A stretch of 64,000 bases of DNA from Camelus ferus (taxonomy: Eukaryota), in NCBI RefSeq assembly GCF_009834535.1, contig NC_045696.1, positions 34,288,001 through 34,352,000 of the forward strand, given 5' to 3'. This document shows, piece by piece, positions 25,340 to 39,800 of this stretch. Positions within the stretch are counted from its first letter, which is position 1, and each line of letters starts with the position of its first letter. The translations under genes and the position numbers were made by a program. The notes beneath the pieces were generated by a model. The model ran no database searches, had not been told where the DNA came from, and worked only from the letters and a program-made list of their open reading frames with translations.

Positions 25340-25470
25340 AAGACTTTGGAATCCGTCAAATCTAGATACAAATTGAAGTCCCATCACTCTTTATCAGTGT
25401 AAGCTTAAGCAAATTACTTACACTCCTGGACTCAAAAAAAAAAAATTAAGGATTTGAACTAAATGATCAT
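25340..25470 (+). mobile_element. MIR fragment
   Basis: gactttggaatccgtcaaatctagatacaaatt...agcttaagcaaattacttacactc. Confidence 0.6.
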
Positions 25471-25797
25471 TATTGCACTACAAATTTCTAAGAAAATAAA
25501 TGTTTTTTTGAACACGGTGTGAGATTACTAAAGTATCTTTTTAAAAGCATTGAATCTATTTTAAAGAATTCTAAAGTGCCATCTTTTAAAAATGCATTAT
25601 ATATAGTCTCACCTTCTTTAAAAAAGTACTCGAAATACGTTTAGCCATTTATTGATAAATTAGGATTACTATTATGGTCATAGAGTATCATAATGCACTA
25701 TAAATACTGAATAGTCCTAAAATATTCACACCTCATGATTTTTAGATTTAGAGCTTCAGATATGTGGGCAACACTCTTCCAAAATCTGAGAAACACA

Positions 25798-25944
25798 GGG
25801 GAAGGGTATAGCTCAAATGATACAGCTCATGCATGCCTGAGGTCCTGGGTTCAATTACCTCCTCTAAAAATAAACAAACCTAATTACCTCCCCCACCCCT
25901 GCCAAAATAATACAATGATAAATAAATAAAATCCTTTTTTTTTT
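25798..25944 (+). mobile_element. Camelid Vic-1-type SINE with 13-bp TSD aatctgagaaaca
   Basis: ggggaagggtatagctca...gaggtcctgggttcaat...cctaattacctcccc. The TSD is at 25783-25795 and 25945-25957. Confidence 0.9.
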
Positions 25945-27339
25945 AATCTGAGAAACAAACTTTAAAAAAATAGAAAGAAAAGTAGTTGGTCAAACTTTAT
26001 TTTTCCTTTCAAGTGCAAATTAATTAAGATGGAATTTCTTTATCCTTGGTGAAAGGCTCTATCTAAACATATCTTCAGTAAGACTTCTTATATTATTAAA
26101 TTTATTTATAGAAACAATTCACATTTTACATCATCATTAGACATTAACCTAGGTATTTTCAGTATATACAGGAAGCAATGGGATTTTAGTTGCCAGACTA
26201 AGATATCAGGATTGTATGAGATTCTGAAAGGTGTTAGGTCCCTGTCTGTGAAGTGAATGTGCTCTGAGCATTATTCCAGCTCACTGCCAGCTCTGGTCCC
26301 ATGCACAAATTTTCACAAATTAATTCTTCCAAACATGAAGTATATTCTGGCGGTTATTTTCAGATACACAGCCAAGGAATGAAATTAGTGTCTAGGGGCT
26401 GTGTTGGAGCTTTGGAAGGAAAAAAAAATTGTATACTGTGTGCTACATCATTTGAGCCCATTATCTCATTGTTTACTTATTTATTATTCAGATTCATTCA
26501 GAAGCAGATAATCATGTTTCTTAAAACAAAATATATGATTGCTATGAGTGTGAGATTTGAAAGACTATTCAGGATGACAAAACCTTTTGCAGATCACAGT
26601 GACCTAAAGTGTGCTTTAACTCCTATTTCAAGGGTGTGTTGATAAGAGTGAGCCTTGAAATGTTAAAGGGAAATGGACTTGGCAAAGAGGAGAGAAAATG
26701 TTTTGAATGATGCTCCCTGCATGGAGATTGTCCTATCAGCACAAGGCGAGCTTGTTTTTAGGCAGAAAATTTAAATGTTGAAAATACTCAGTATAATTTG
26801 AGGCAAGATAGGTGCTCATTAATAGCCTCCATTTATGCTAGCATGTTTTTTGCAGAGTTCAAGGCATTTTTTCGCTCACATTGTCCTCAGGTAGAGTCAA
26901 TGAAGGAATCATCTATTTTAGTAGTTTATTTGGTCTTCTTTATTGAGAACTGGAATTGTGTCTCCCCAGATCCCCAACAGTATGAAATAGAACTATTTCC
27001 TCATCTTAGGCAAAGTAGTAAAATTATTTTCCCACTCTTTCTTTATACCTGCAAATAACACCTGATTTAATTCCAGAAACTCAAGGTTTTTTCTTATCAT
27101 TCTGCTGAAAAATGTCCACGTAAAATAACAAAGCAGGCATGTAATCAAAAGCATTTTAAAAAGAACCGACTAACACTTTATCTTCTTTGTTTTTATATGT
27201 GAGCGCTGACCAAAGGCCATTGGGGAGTGATTCTATATGCCAATTGAGTTGATAGTGGTGGTTTTATCTGTTTTGCATAAAACCTGCATTTCAGTAAGGA
27301 ATAAGACATCAGTAAGAATTTTAAGGAAGTGCTCCATAC

Positions 27340-27405
27340 CTCCTGTTGTTCCAAACTTCTTAAATACCCTGGAAAATGAATATACTGCTTCCACTAGGAA
27401 ATATT
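27340..27405 (-). pseudogene. Candidate exon (66 bp)
   Basis: Acceptor gatgttttag| and donor GGAG|gtatgg, length divisible by 3. Frames read YFLVEAVYSFSRVFKKFGTTG or NIS*WKQYIHFPGYLRSLEQQE. Confidence 0.35.
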
Positions 27406-28017
27406 CTAAAACATCATTCTCTTAATATAAATAGTGGAAGGGTTTCAGTGAATTGCGGGAGTTATTGATAAGGCATTTATTACATTTCTTCCATTAAACT
27501 CTAACCACTGCCTCACAGTCCTGGCTTCTTCCTTTACTTGTGGCTCTGAAGACATTTCTGAAACCGTCTCCCCTTTCATAACTTACTTTCTCTGCAGGAC
27601 AACTGCTTATTGTCTTCACTATTCCTTCATAGAGCTTTGTTTGTCCAATACAAACATGAGAGACATTTCCAGGGAGGAATCAATAGGATCTAATGATTTA
27701 TTTGATATTGAGGGCAAGAGAGATTATGGCTTTTAGACAAGGAGAATCTTAAGATTTTGGTTCCCAGCAGAAATTGAGGCAAGATATTTATTTATTCTTA
27801 CAAGTGAGAATCATCTGCTGCACAGTCCACTTGCTGAAAAGTTGGCTGCCAGCGTGGGTCTGGAACATTTACCAAGGTTTCCCCCAAACAATCAAGAAAC
27901 TGAGAGTGAGAAATCAGAACTTTCCTAACCATCCATTCCAAGATTCCATCTTTTTTACAGTGCTTTATGTCTTTATTTGCCAAAATAGTTCAGATTTTTT
28001 TCTCAGTGCTGCCTCAC

Positions 28018-28062
28018 CTGAAAGCAGTTCTTTTCTTCCAGATTTTGACTATACATTTGAAA
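28018..28062 (-). pseudogene. Candidate exon (45 bp)
   Basis: Acceptor gttttcaagttttcag| and strong donor TCAG|gtgagg. Two frames are open (FQMYSQNLEEKNCFQ or FKCIVKIWKKRTAF). Confidence 0.35.
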
Positions 28063-28189
28063 CTGAAAACTTGAAAACTTTTCACTGGAAAACATATTCC
28101 CCTCTGAAATATGCTTATGCCTAAGGTGTTGTAAGTAGCATTTCTTGTCCTTGACGCTAATGAGCCTCACCTGCTATGATGCCAGACAC

Positions 28190-29800
28190 TGAATTAGTAT
28201 TAAGGATTACAAGGCCACTGAGAACACTTCCCTGCTCCCAAAGGCTTGAAATTTAAACATGTAAAACATAAATAAATGCCATACAGTATGGCGGGTGTGT
28301 GGTGAAAGGGAAGGCAGAAGAAGTCCACAGGGGTTAATAAATTCTCCCTAGGGAATGAGGCACCACAGATAGCTTCATAGAGGTGATGTCTCCACCTACT
28401 TTGAAACTGGGGACTAGGGATTTGCTTTTCGTGCAGCAAGAGCAGGTGAGGACAGGTATGGATGCACAGGCAGACTGATGTGCTCACAGAATGGCAAGCA
28501 GATCAGTGTGCATAAAACCACAGTGCACACAAGGATTCCACAAGAGGAAAAAATGGATAGGCTGGCAGAATTCACTTTATCGAAGACCTATGACTTCTAT
28601 GAGGGGAACAGTGATTGTCTGTCCTGCACCCGCCACCCCAAACCCCATTCTTTGGCAGCTATGTGAGTGGGATCACTTCACTCCAAGTTCAGGGTGGACC
28701 AGGATTGATCTCAACCGTCGAGGTAATCCCACTCTCCTTGCCACAGTGATTGGTTCAGGGCAAGACACTAACAAAGGCCTGAAGGGGTCAATGCACTGTG
28801 ATTCCCTATCCAAAGGGATTTTATTCAAAGAAGCCCCAATCAGCTGAAGCTAAAGGCCTCTTTTATATGGTTGTGGGAATTGACTGGAAGTGTCCTTCTT
28901 CTGAGGAAGGAAACTCCTTGTCCCATTTGCAGCTGAACCGTCACCTAAGAATGAAGCTAATAGAGTAGTAGGGAAAGTCAGAAGAAAAGCACGAAAAATG
29001 CATGAGGCTCACCCTGTACTTTAATGAGATGATCGAGTCAATTTGTGTTAGACACAGGTAGTGTTAAATTTTCTGATACTGCATCCTAAAGGAGCCATGG
29101 AAACATTTTAGGTAGAGTTGTAGTATTACCAGTGTTATACTTCAGAAAGACCATTCAAGACATAGGCTTAGAAAGAATTTTAAAAAACACACAACTGAGG
29201 TTGAGGGATTCTTAAAAACCTACTTTGGTAGCCACGCGAGGGCTCTGAAGGCCTTTAGCAGTAATGACAGATTCAAGAGCCAGAAGTTAGACATAGTAAG
29301 ATAGAACCCATAAGACTTAGTGATTTTCCGCGTGGGCAGAGAGGTCAGGAGAGAAGAGGATTATTATACAGTTAGCACTAGGTTTCTGAGTTTTGGATAC
29401 ATTCTTTTTTATTAGACAGGAAATTCTGGAGGTATAATCATTTTTCAATGATTCAGCCATGTCAATTTTGAAGTGAATGGAGGAAATATAAAGAGACGTG
29501 TCAAGTACGCACTGGATATTCTCAAAGTGATTTTTTGATAGCAGTATAAATTTGAGAACCATAAATAGCTATAGGAGAATACATTAAGTGAAAAGCAAAA
29601 AATAATAAAAGATAAATTCAGAAAGAAAACTAATATTAATAAACTTAAGGAAAAGGAGTCAATAAAGGAAGTACAGGAAAAGCCCAGCAAAGTAATATAA
29701 GAACCGAGAGAATGGTGTATCAGAAACCAAGGAGGGGGAAAGAATGACCCGAAGAGAATGAGGAAGTAAGATACCACAGGAAGTAAGAAAAAGATACCAC
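28190..29800 (-). mobile_element. L2 relics interrupted by an old MaLR LTR (about 28610-29060)
   Basis: L2-like ggagccatggaaacattttaggtagag and gtatcagaaaccaagg; MLT1-like cttgccacagtgattggttcaggg. Confidence 0.55.
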
Positions 29801-30809
29801 TCATTTATTCACGGATGTTTATCACTGCTCTGACTTTGTGCCAGGTGAGGCTGTGCGTGCTGAGATACACAATGCATGAGGCAGGCAGAGTTCATACTCT
29901 GTTACCTTACAATCTACATGGATCTTTTCCTACCATGGGCAAGGCAGTCTCCTGCAGTGGTCAGGATAAAATCCAAATTACAGGTGTGGGGGCCATGAAG
30001 AAGGCTGGAAGAGAGAGGGCTGATGGCAGCCTACCCCATGTCCCCCACCCCACCCATTCACAGAGGACCAAGCTGCCACACACACACAGCCTTCTCCAAG
30101 GCTGCCTCCCTCTTTCCCACCTGTGGGTGGAGACTTCAGGGAAGACCAGAGCCCTAGACAGAGTGGGTAGCAAGAGAAGCTAGGGATGAACGGCAATTGT
30201 GTATCCTGTTTTGAGAGTGATTAAGGGGGCAGCTAGTTGCTAATCTCATAGCCTTTTTTTGTTTGTTTCTATTCTTTTATATCACTGTTTGAATCGAGGA
30301 GGAGGGGTGCTGTTTGGAAATAAAAATCCTCAAATCTTCCCCCCGCAACCCCCCACCCCAGAAAACCCACAAATTACAGGTGTGGAAAAGTGAGTGGAAT
30401 GAAAGGAATTAAAGTCTTCAATTGTAGGTGGAAATGTCGAGAAGTGTGGTGATGAAGCCGAGAATAAGAAAGAGTTATTAGTTGTGGAGTGGCCCATGAC
30501 AATTATCTTTTCTATTTAGGACAAGAATGAGCATGTTTAGGCTGAGGGACAAAGAAAACTAAAAAGAAACATAAGAAAATACAGATAAGAAAGGGAACAG
30601 CAAAGGTTGCTTGAAAGATCCTAGAAGAGAGAAGATGAGCTTGAAACAAGAGCACAACTGGAGAAGTGAGCCTTGAATGAAACAGAGGATGTGAAAGCAA
30701 AGAGGCGGTTGGCCATGCTTGGCCCCGCTCAGATGGAGTGAGGGACTCTGCTCTGCGGTCTTGCAGAGCAATGCACATACCTCTACATTATTGTTGTGGT
30801 TATTTAAAG

Positions 30810-30930
30810 TGATTTTCTCCCTGATAAACTGTAAGTTTCCTGCGACCAGCAGTCGTGTGTATCATTTGTCCAATGAGGAGAGCAGTGCCTGGAACATAGC
30901 AAATGCTTATCAAGTGTGTGTTAATAACAG
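30810..30930 (+). mobile_element. L2 3' end
   Basis: aaactgtaagtttcctgcg...gcagtgcctggaacatagcaaatgcttatcaagtgtgtg. Confidence 0.65.
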
Positions 30931-31636
30931 AATGCTCCCAGAGCAGAAATGGGCATTCCTGACTTAAAGGACTATATTCTAAATGCAAACGAATTTCCAA
31001 ATAACTTCAATTTGCTCTCGCTTTATTTCCATAAGGCCTCAGGAGTCAGTAACATAAATAAAATAAAACATTTCAAAGTTATAGTGGGGTTTTCTTTCCA
31101 GTTGTTACTGGATTTTCTTACCATCAAATATACAAACATTTCCATACGCACAACCTACACCCATGACAACTCTCATCTACCTTCACTGAATAAAGAAAGG
31201 CCCTTCAAATGATAACAGCTTATTTGCAGTTAACTCTCAAAAATGTAGAAATGCTCATAAGACCTCAGAATTAACACTAACTAACAGAATTAACACTACT
31301 TAATATTATACACGACTGGCTTCTCTAAAGCACAAATATATATATAGAAATCTGAGTCCTCTGTATTTATAATAAAATCAGAATCCATTTTTAGTTAAGC
31401 AAGAGTTCCCTAATGACTCACATAGCAAATATCCTCTATGAAGGAATGGGATTTAAAATACAAATGGGGACTTTTCTTTTATAAAACTAAGCACACAGCT
31501 GCAGTCACTATACTTGTCCTCTTTTTTCCCCAAATGTCTCTAATCATGTAAACAAAGGACCATAGTTCATGATTCAGTGAACAAGAAAAAAAATGCCTTC
31601 CTTTTGAAAATCCAGCTTTAGAGAGACCTTCAATAC

Positions 31637-31691
31637 CTTCAAAGTTCAAGTAAACTTCCTTTATCCTTAGTTGATAAATTTGCTTTTAGTT
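31637..31691 (-). pseudogene. Candidate exon with a stop (55 bp; LKANLSTKDKGSLLEL*)
   Basis: Strong acceptor tttttaattctcccttccttcag| and donor GAAG|gtattg. All frames are closed; the best has a TGA that could be a CGA>TGA CpG decay. Confidence 0.45.
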
Positions 31692-31969
31692 CTGAAGGAA
31701 GGGAGAATTAAAAATACAATGTTAATGTGTAGCCACTATCACTGATCTCTGTAGAAGAGATTCTACCGTCTATAAAGAATAAATTCTTGACATTGTGTAC
31801 CACATCTCAAATCCAATCATAACCAAAAATTAACATGATAATGATTTCCAAGCTCTTATCATGGTCCACTTAATTCACATGATTGTTAAGAATACAGAAT
31901 TTGTTCTGTAACTGTTGGCTTTAATTTATGTTACTCTGTTACCTCCCTATTGATTCTTTTGTATATATG

Positions 31970-32512
31970 TGTCTATTAGGAATTTGTTCCACTGTAAGTG
32001 ACAGATAACCCAATTTATAATGACTTACACTAATAGGGGTTTATTTTTCTCACATAATGAGAAGTTTGAAGATAGGAGGTGGCTAATGTCAGTTCAACCG
32101 CTCAATAACATGTCAAGGAGTAGCTCTTTCTATCCCCCTACTGCGTCATCTTTAGCGTGTCAGTTTGTTTCTGATGAAAACCAGATAAATCACAGGAAGT
32201 CTGCTGCAGGTCCAGATATCTGTCTGTTTTCAAGGCAGAAAAAAATAGGAACAAATGATGCTGGCCACCATAGTTCCGTGTTTCAGGAAAGAAAAAGCCT
32301 TCACAGAAATCCTTCCCCATACTATCATTTCGATCTCATTGGCCCCTCTTAGATGCAAGAGAGATCAGGAAAGCAGAGAACAAACAGGATTCTAGAGATT
32401 GGATTAAAAGAAACATCATGCATTGCTCATTGTTCCTAACAAAATAAGAGACCAATAACAGGAAAAAAAGGAGGAGATGGATTCTTGGTAGACAACTAAC
32501 AATGTCTGCCAG
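31970..32512. mobile_element. Old MaLR LTR (MLT1-type)
   Basis: ctgtaagtgacagataacccaa...tttatttttctcacataa...ggtagacaactaacaatgtctgcca. Confidence 0.65.
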
Positions 32513-32874
32513 TGTACATCCATGAAGTCTCTATTATCTGGAATGTCTACAGTATACAATTTCACTTTTCCTTACTTTTTCTAGTTAAGAAAAAAGGAGT
32601 GTAGGTATTAATGGCTCTACTATCAGCTCCTCAAGAGCAGGGACTGTGATTTTTTCATTACTTTGTTATAACAGATATAATAACTGTCATATACCAGATA
32701 TCAAATAAACATTTGTGGAAGGATGTATAAATAAGTAAATCCATGAGTGAATACACATGTAAATTACTGATTTTCAAAAACTTGAATGCCATAACATCAT
32801 TCAATACTAAAATTATATTGAATAATAGATGTTTTATGGTATATCATGCAGTTGTGATCCTCTCATGTTTTTAA

Positions 32875-34395
32875 ATTCTTTTCTTTTTTAAAATTAATTT
32901 TTCCAGCTTTATTGAGTTATCATATTGAGTTAACATAAAACACTGTGTAAGTTTAAGATGTGCAACATGTTGATCTGCTGCATTTATATATGGCAGAATG
33001 ATTATGACCATCGCATTAGCTAACACCTCTATCATATCACATAACTACCATTCTTTTGTGTGTGTGGTGAGAATATTTAAAGATCTACTTTCTTAGCAAC
33101 ATTCAAGTGTATATATACTAAGCATTGTTAACTACAGTAACTGGACTGTGTATTAGATCCCCAGAACTTATTCATCCTGTAACTGGAATTTGTGCTCTTT
33201 GACCAGCATCTCATTTCCTCCAGCCCAGCGCCTGGTAACCACCATTCTACTCTCTGTTTCTATGAGTTCAGCTTTTTTCAATCCCACATACAAGTGATAT
33301 CACAGTGTTTGTCTGACTTATTTCATTTACCATAAAGCTCTCAAGGTTCATTCATGTTGTCACAAATGGCAGAATTTCTTCTTTTTTTTAATGAGTGAAT
33401 AAAATTCAATTGTGTATATATGCCACATCTTCTTTACCCATTCATCTGTTGATGAACATCTATCTTGACTATTGTGAATAATGCTACAGTGAACACAGAA
33501 GTGCAAATATCTCTCTGAGATCCTATTTTCATTTCCTTTAGGTATATACCCAGGCATGGGAATGGATCATATGGTAGTTCTATTTTTAATTTTTTGAGGA
33601 AAATCCATACTGTTTTCTATAGTGGCTGCACCAATTTACATTCTCAAAAACAGTGCAAAAAGATTTCCTTTTCTCCACATTCTCACCAACATTCTCTTAT
33701 TGTTTCTTGTCTTTTTGATATAACCACCCTGACAGCTGTAAGGTGATATCTTGTGGTTTTGATTAGCATTTCCCTGATGATTAGTGATATTGAGCACTTT
33801 TTCATGTACCTGTTAGTCATTTGTATATCTTCTTTGGAAAAAAATATCTGTTCAGTTCCCCTACCCACTTTTTAATCAGATTGTTTGGTTTTCTGCTATT
33901 GATTTTTATTAGTTCTTTATATACTTTGGATATTAACCCCTTATCAGATACATAATTTGCAAATATCTTCTCCCATTCTGTAAGTTTCTTTTCATTTTGT
34001 TGATGATTTTTTTTTTTTTTGCTGTACAGAAGCTTTTTAGTTTTATATAGTCCCACTTGTTGATTTTTGCTTTTTGTTGCCTTTGCTTTTGGTGTTAAAT
34101 CTGAAAAATTACTGTCAAGACCAAAGTCAAGGAATTTACTCCCTATGTTTTCTTCTAGGAGTTTCATAGTTTTATAGCTTATATTCAAGTCTTTAATCCA
34201 CTTTCAGTTGATTTTTGTACATGGTGTGACATAGGGGTCCAGTTAGCATTCTTTTGCATCCAGTTTTTCCAATACCATTTATTGAAAAGACTACCTTTTT
34301 TTCCCATTGCTTACTCTTGGCTTCTTTATCATAAATTAATTTTACCTTTGTTATTTCCTTCCTTTTGCTAACTTTGGACTTAGTTGGTCCTTCTC
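32875..34395 (-). mobile_element. 5'-truncated L1 (L1MA-type), 3' ORF2 and 3'UTR
   Basis: T-rich tail at the left. ORFs 33360..33557, 33683..33868 and 33817..34188 give ORF2p C-terminal peptides (EWEKIFANYVSDKGLISKVYKEL). Confidence 0.92.
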
Positions 34396-35136
34396 ATATG
34401 TTTTTAACTTCTGCAAAGCCTTATGAAATTTAAAGGCAATTTCCTTTCTCCAAAAGGAGTTGCTAAGTTATTTAGCTATTAAGTATATAAGGTATGAATA
34501 ATAGAGTAAATGCCCCCAGTAGTTGGGAGGAAGAGGGAAAAAGAGAGGGAGGGACGGAGGCAGGGAGGAAGGCAAGAGGGAGAAAAAAGAAAGGAAAGGA
34601 AATAGAAGAAACACTCAAGCTATCATATGATTGTCAGGGTTTGGATAGCAGCTAGAGGTACAAGAGTGAAATGCAACATCATTCAAAGTCCTGGAAAAAA
34701 CAAAGGTTGATTTAGTTATGCTTCTCAAGTCTAAAAATAAAGCCAGTATTAGAATAAGTCATCTTTGATAATAAAGCATAATTAAGCTGGAGCATTAGAA
34801 GCTCTTCAGATAATCAGAGTGATGCTTCTACCTTTTTAAGCAGTATTAAATATTATGAGGAAGCAAGGACTTTTCCCTGTAAAATCCTTTTCTCCATTGT
34901 CCAACCCTCTCCTCAATCTTCTACTTTTGGCAAAAAAAGAAGAGGATCATTGGTTAGAGCGAGAAGAGCCTTCTAGAGTGCCCAGTACCAAACAAAGAAA
35001 ATCTCAATAGGAAGAGTAGAGAAAACTTCACACCATTTTCTGGACTCCATGTGAGCCTATGATAGGTAATAAGAATGTTTTCCTTCTGGAAGCAAACTAC
35101 CTCCACAGCCTTGTAGACAGTGCAAATGAAAAGCTA

Positions 35137-35138
<2 letters not shown>

Positions 35139-35170
<32 letters not shown>

Positions 35171-35194
35171 AGTTCTATTTATCATTTTTTAACA

Positions 35195-35227
<33 letters not shown>
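35139..35227. repeat. Poly-T tract (~30 nt) and (CA)n microsatellite
   Basis: Directly visible. Confidence 0.95.
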
Positions 35228-35229
<2 letters not shown>

Positions 35230-36894
35230 GCTGAAAAGTATCCAATAATCTATTACTCTTAACTACACATGAAAAGAATTGTTAAGCTGATGGGACTGTG
35301 CCCTCCCAGTGAGAGGTTATTTTAATGCAAGGCAAATACATAGGAGGGGACAGACAGAACCATAAATTTCATAATTCTGTACAAACACAAACCAGTCAAG
35401 CAATGGCAAATTCATTGAAATCATAAAAATTTAAACCAGAATAAGACCTTAAGAGAACAATGAATCCAACCTCTTTATTATAATGAAGAATAAACTAATA
35501 TTTGAAGCTATAAAACTGGATGGCAGAGGTTGAACTAAACCCAGGTATCCGATGGCATATGATTCATCTATGCAATAAACTTTGGGAAAGTATTTGACTA
35601 TCTTTTGACTGAGTTTATCATTATGATCATGAGATATGCAAGCAATTTGTATGTAAATAGTTTAAGTTAATCCAAAAACCAGTTGGACAGATTTTCATTG
35701 ACTACCTTAACTTGCCTAATGGCTAACATGATTATGAATTTTTAAATTGTCCATATTAAATGGATGATCTTAGCTTTTATTATGCATAAGTTACTATGCA
35801 TATAAAATTAATGTATGGAAGTTTATGTATATACATGCCTATTAAATTCTAATATGCATAATTTAGACATTAAATAGGGGGTGAATTCTGGCAGAGCTAT
35901 GCTGCAGCTGGTGAATATCAAAGATACGGCTATTTGCCTTCAAGTTAACTGCAAATAACTTTTATCTGAAATAGAAAAGCGTTGCAGTTTTACATTTACT
36001 TAAAATCAGTCAAAACTGTTTCTGTGGTTGCCACAGACTAGAAAAAAAGTTAATATTTCCATTGAAATGATATGTGCTAACTACTGAAATGGTAGGAGCT
36101 AATCACAAATACTGTCCTCTCATGCCAGCTTTACTAATTGTGTATCAAATGTTTTCTTAATTAGATGGTACTGTATGAAGAGTGGCACTATAAATATCAT
36201 GGCCGTGTTTTTCTTTAATTAGTAATATTCAATTTACTGAAAATTAGGGGCTTGGGGCTATTTGGAAAAGTATCTCTGTATGTTTTATTCAGAAAACTAT
36301 CTGAAAATTATCTTGCTGAACATATCAAAGCAAGTCTGATATCCTTTATCCTAACAAAACTATAGCTGTTCTGCTTGTGAATTTATAATCATGTTTTCTA
36401 AAAATTTAACATCAAATATTTTTATATTAACTTAGATGCCATTCTAAAATTTCTTAAATGATTAGTGTTTTAAACAATAGTAGTTTCCTTATTTTAAATA
36501 CTTTTCTGCTTCAAATATTAGTTAAATATTCATTTTGAAAGAGGAGATAGGAAGTTATACTCTATACACAGCGGCCTTCACTGTACAAAGAGAAAAATAC
36601 ATGGTTGCACCTGGTAGAGAAAAGTGCAACCTGGAGATGCATGGAGCAGAACTAGATTAGCAGGGGGAGAACAGAGAGCACACATTAGGAGAGGAAATTG
36701 AGAGACTGTGATGGAAAAAAGGAAGAAACAAAGGAAGTGCCGAAAGTTACATACACATAGCAAACAGAGTTCGTTTTTGAAATTGAGGGAACAAAGTAAG
36801 CTTTATGACAAAGGCTCACCACTTCATCTCTCAGCATTGTGTGCAGGGAAGAAAGGATGGGGAGAGAAGGTAGGACAGGTGTCCTCGAGCTAGC

Positions 36895-39800
36895 TGGTGG
36901 AAAGTGGCAGGGTGGGAAAGTCCTGAGCTCTCCTCCTCCCATAGACACACCAAAACTACAACTTCATATAGGACAACTGTCCCTGAGAATGTCCTGAAGA
37001 CTAGCAGAACAGATTTTCTACAACTAATAATATAAAGAAAAGAACAATTTGAGACAGATGGGAGAGGCAGAGACATAGTCTAGTCAGAACCCATGACTCC
37101 AGTGCAGCAATCCATAAGCAGGAGAGATATCACAACAGCAGAGGTCCCGTCCCCCCTGAGGAATGAGGAGTGTGAGCTCCATGTCAGCTCCCAGCCCTGG
37201 AGACCTGCCCCAGAAAGATAAGCCCCCATAAGTTTTGACCTTGAAAGCCAGCGGGGCTTACATCCAGGAGAACCAGAGAGTTGTAAACTGAGACACAGCT
37301 CTTGAAAGACTTATGCACATTTTCACTCACACCAAGGCCCAGCTCAGAGGCAACAGCTTGAAAAGTGCCTGAGTCATACTAGAAGGAGATTGACTGAATT
37401 CATTTAGGGCTTGTGCAGAGGGGCAGGGATCTGGAGGAACTTTCTCTGAGGACAGAGTACTGGCAGGCACCATTTTTTTCTCTCCTTCCCCCTAGCTAGC
37501 TGATGCTGACTAGTACCATTTCTGTCACTCCCCCTCAACTTAGCTAACACAGTGTACCCTACCCCAGTGATCCCCCAAGGATCCACCCTGCCAACCCACC
37601 CACTGCAGCTGGCGCCTCTGAAGCAACTCTCACCTGCCCCATCTGGTGGGCTACACTGACTGGCATTGGTGCCCCTCCAAAGTGGTTCTGAAGCCCTGCC
37701 CACCAAGGCATCTGGAGCTTTTGTGGACGAGCCATGCACTAGCTCGTCCAGAGGCAGCAGAGCTTACTAGAATGCTGGCAACTGTTGTGGCTGGACCTCA
37801 CAGTCAGCCAGACTGGGAACCAACCCTGCCTAACAGTGCACCTGCAGCAATCATAGCCCAACCACGGTTGGAAAGATGTATGCAGCCCACACAGGAGATA
37901 TCCTGGAGCATCTAGCTCTGACAACCAGGATACATTGTGCCATTGGGCTTAACAGGACAACTTTATGTAAGGCCACTCTTTCAAGACTGGCGGATATAAT
38001 TGATAAACCTAGACATAAAAACAAACACAAAGAGTTAGGCAAAATGAGAGGACAAAGGAGTACCTTCCAAATAAAAGAACAAGACAAAACCTCAGGAAAA
38101 GAACTAAATGAAACAGATAAGCAATTTACCAGATAAAGAGTTTAAAGATAAGAGAGAACCTTAAAAGCAGCAAGACATAAACAACTAGTTACAGATAGGG
38201 GACCCCCATAAGACTATCAACTAACTTTTCAGCAGAAACTTTACAGGCCAGAAGGGACTGGCATGATATATTTAAAGTGCTAAAAGAAAAAGTTACAACC
38301 AAGAATACTGTACCTGCAAAGTTATCGCTCAGAATTGAAGGAGAGATAAAGACCTCCCCAGACAAGCAAAAGCTAAAGGAGTTCATCACCATTAAATCAG
38401 CCTTATAAGATAAGTTAAAGAGTTTTTTTTTTTTTTAATGTGAAAGAAAAGGCTATAACTAGAAACAAGAAAATTATTTTTTTAAATCTCGCTGGTAAAA
38501 GCAAATATACATCAACATAGTGGAACAAACAGCAAAAATCTAGTATGAGGATTAAAAGACAAAAATAGTAAAAATCATCCATATCTAAAATAATTAACTA
38601 AGCAATACACAAAATAAAAAGATGTAAAATATGAGGTCAAAAACACAGATAGAGGGGAATAAAAATGTAGTTTTTTTAGAATGAGCTTGAAATTGAGCTA
38701 TTATAAAATTAAAATAGACTGGTATATACAGAAGATATTATATATGAACCTCATGGAAACCACAAACCAAAAAATTTATGATGGATACACAAAAAATAAA
38801 AAGAAAGGAATACAAACATAACACTAAAGTAAGTCATCAAATCACAATGGAAGAGAATAAGAAAAGAAAAGAAAGAAAAAGATGAAAACTACAAAAACAA
38901 TCAGAAAATTATTAACAAAACAGCAAAATACATACCTATCAATAATTACTTTAAATGGACTAAATGCTCCAATCAAAAGTCATAGGATGGCTGAATGCAC
39001 AAAACAAACAAACAAAAAGACCCATATATATGCTTTCTACAAGTGATTTACTTCAGATGTCAAGACACACACAGGCTTAAGATGAAGAGATTTTTTTTTT
39101 AAAGCTACTCCATTTAAATGGAAATGAAAAAAAAGCCAGGGTAGCAATACCTATATCGGGTGAAAAAGGCTTTAAAACAGAGAATGCAGTAAGAGACAAA
39201 GAAGGGGTTTACATAATGATAAAGGGATCAATATCAAAATAAGATATAACATTTATAAATATCTATGCTGTCAACATAGTAGCACTTAAATATGTAAAAC
39301 AAATATTAACATGCATACAGGAAAAAATTGACAGCAATGCAAAAATAGTAGAGGACTTTAACACCCCACTTGTATCAGTGGATAGATCATCCAGACAAAA
39401 AAATCAATAAAGAAATACTGGCCTTAAACAACATATTAGACCAGATGGATTTAATAGATGGATAGATATATATGTAACATTCCACCCCAAAAGAGCAATA
39501 TTACACATTCTTTTAAAATGCACATGGATATTCTATCAGATAAACTACATGTTAAGGCCACAAAATAATTCCCAATAAATTTAAGAAGGCTGAAATCATG
39601 TCAAGCATCTTTACTGACCACAATGGTATGCAACTAGAAATCAATTATAAGAAGAAAACTGAAACAATACAAACAAGTGAAGTCTGAAAAACATACTTTT
39701 AAACAACCAATGAGTCAACAAAGAAATCAAAGAGGAAATCAAAAAGTACAATGAGAAAAATGAAAATGGAAATACAACTATCCAAAATTTATGGAATGCA

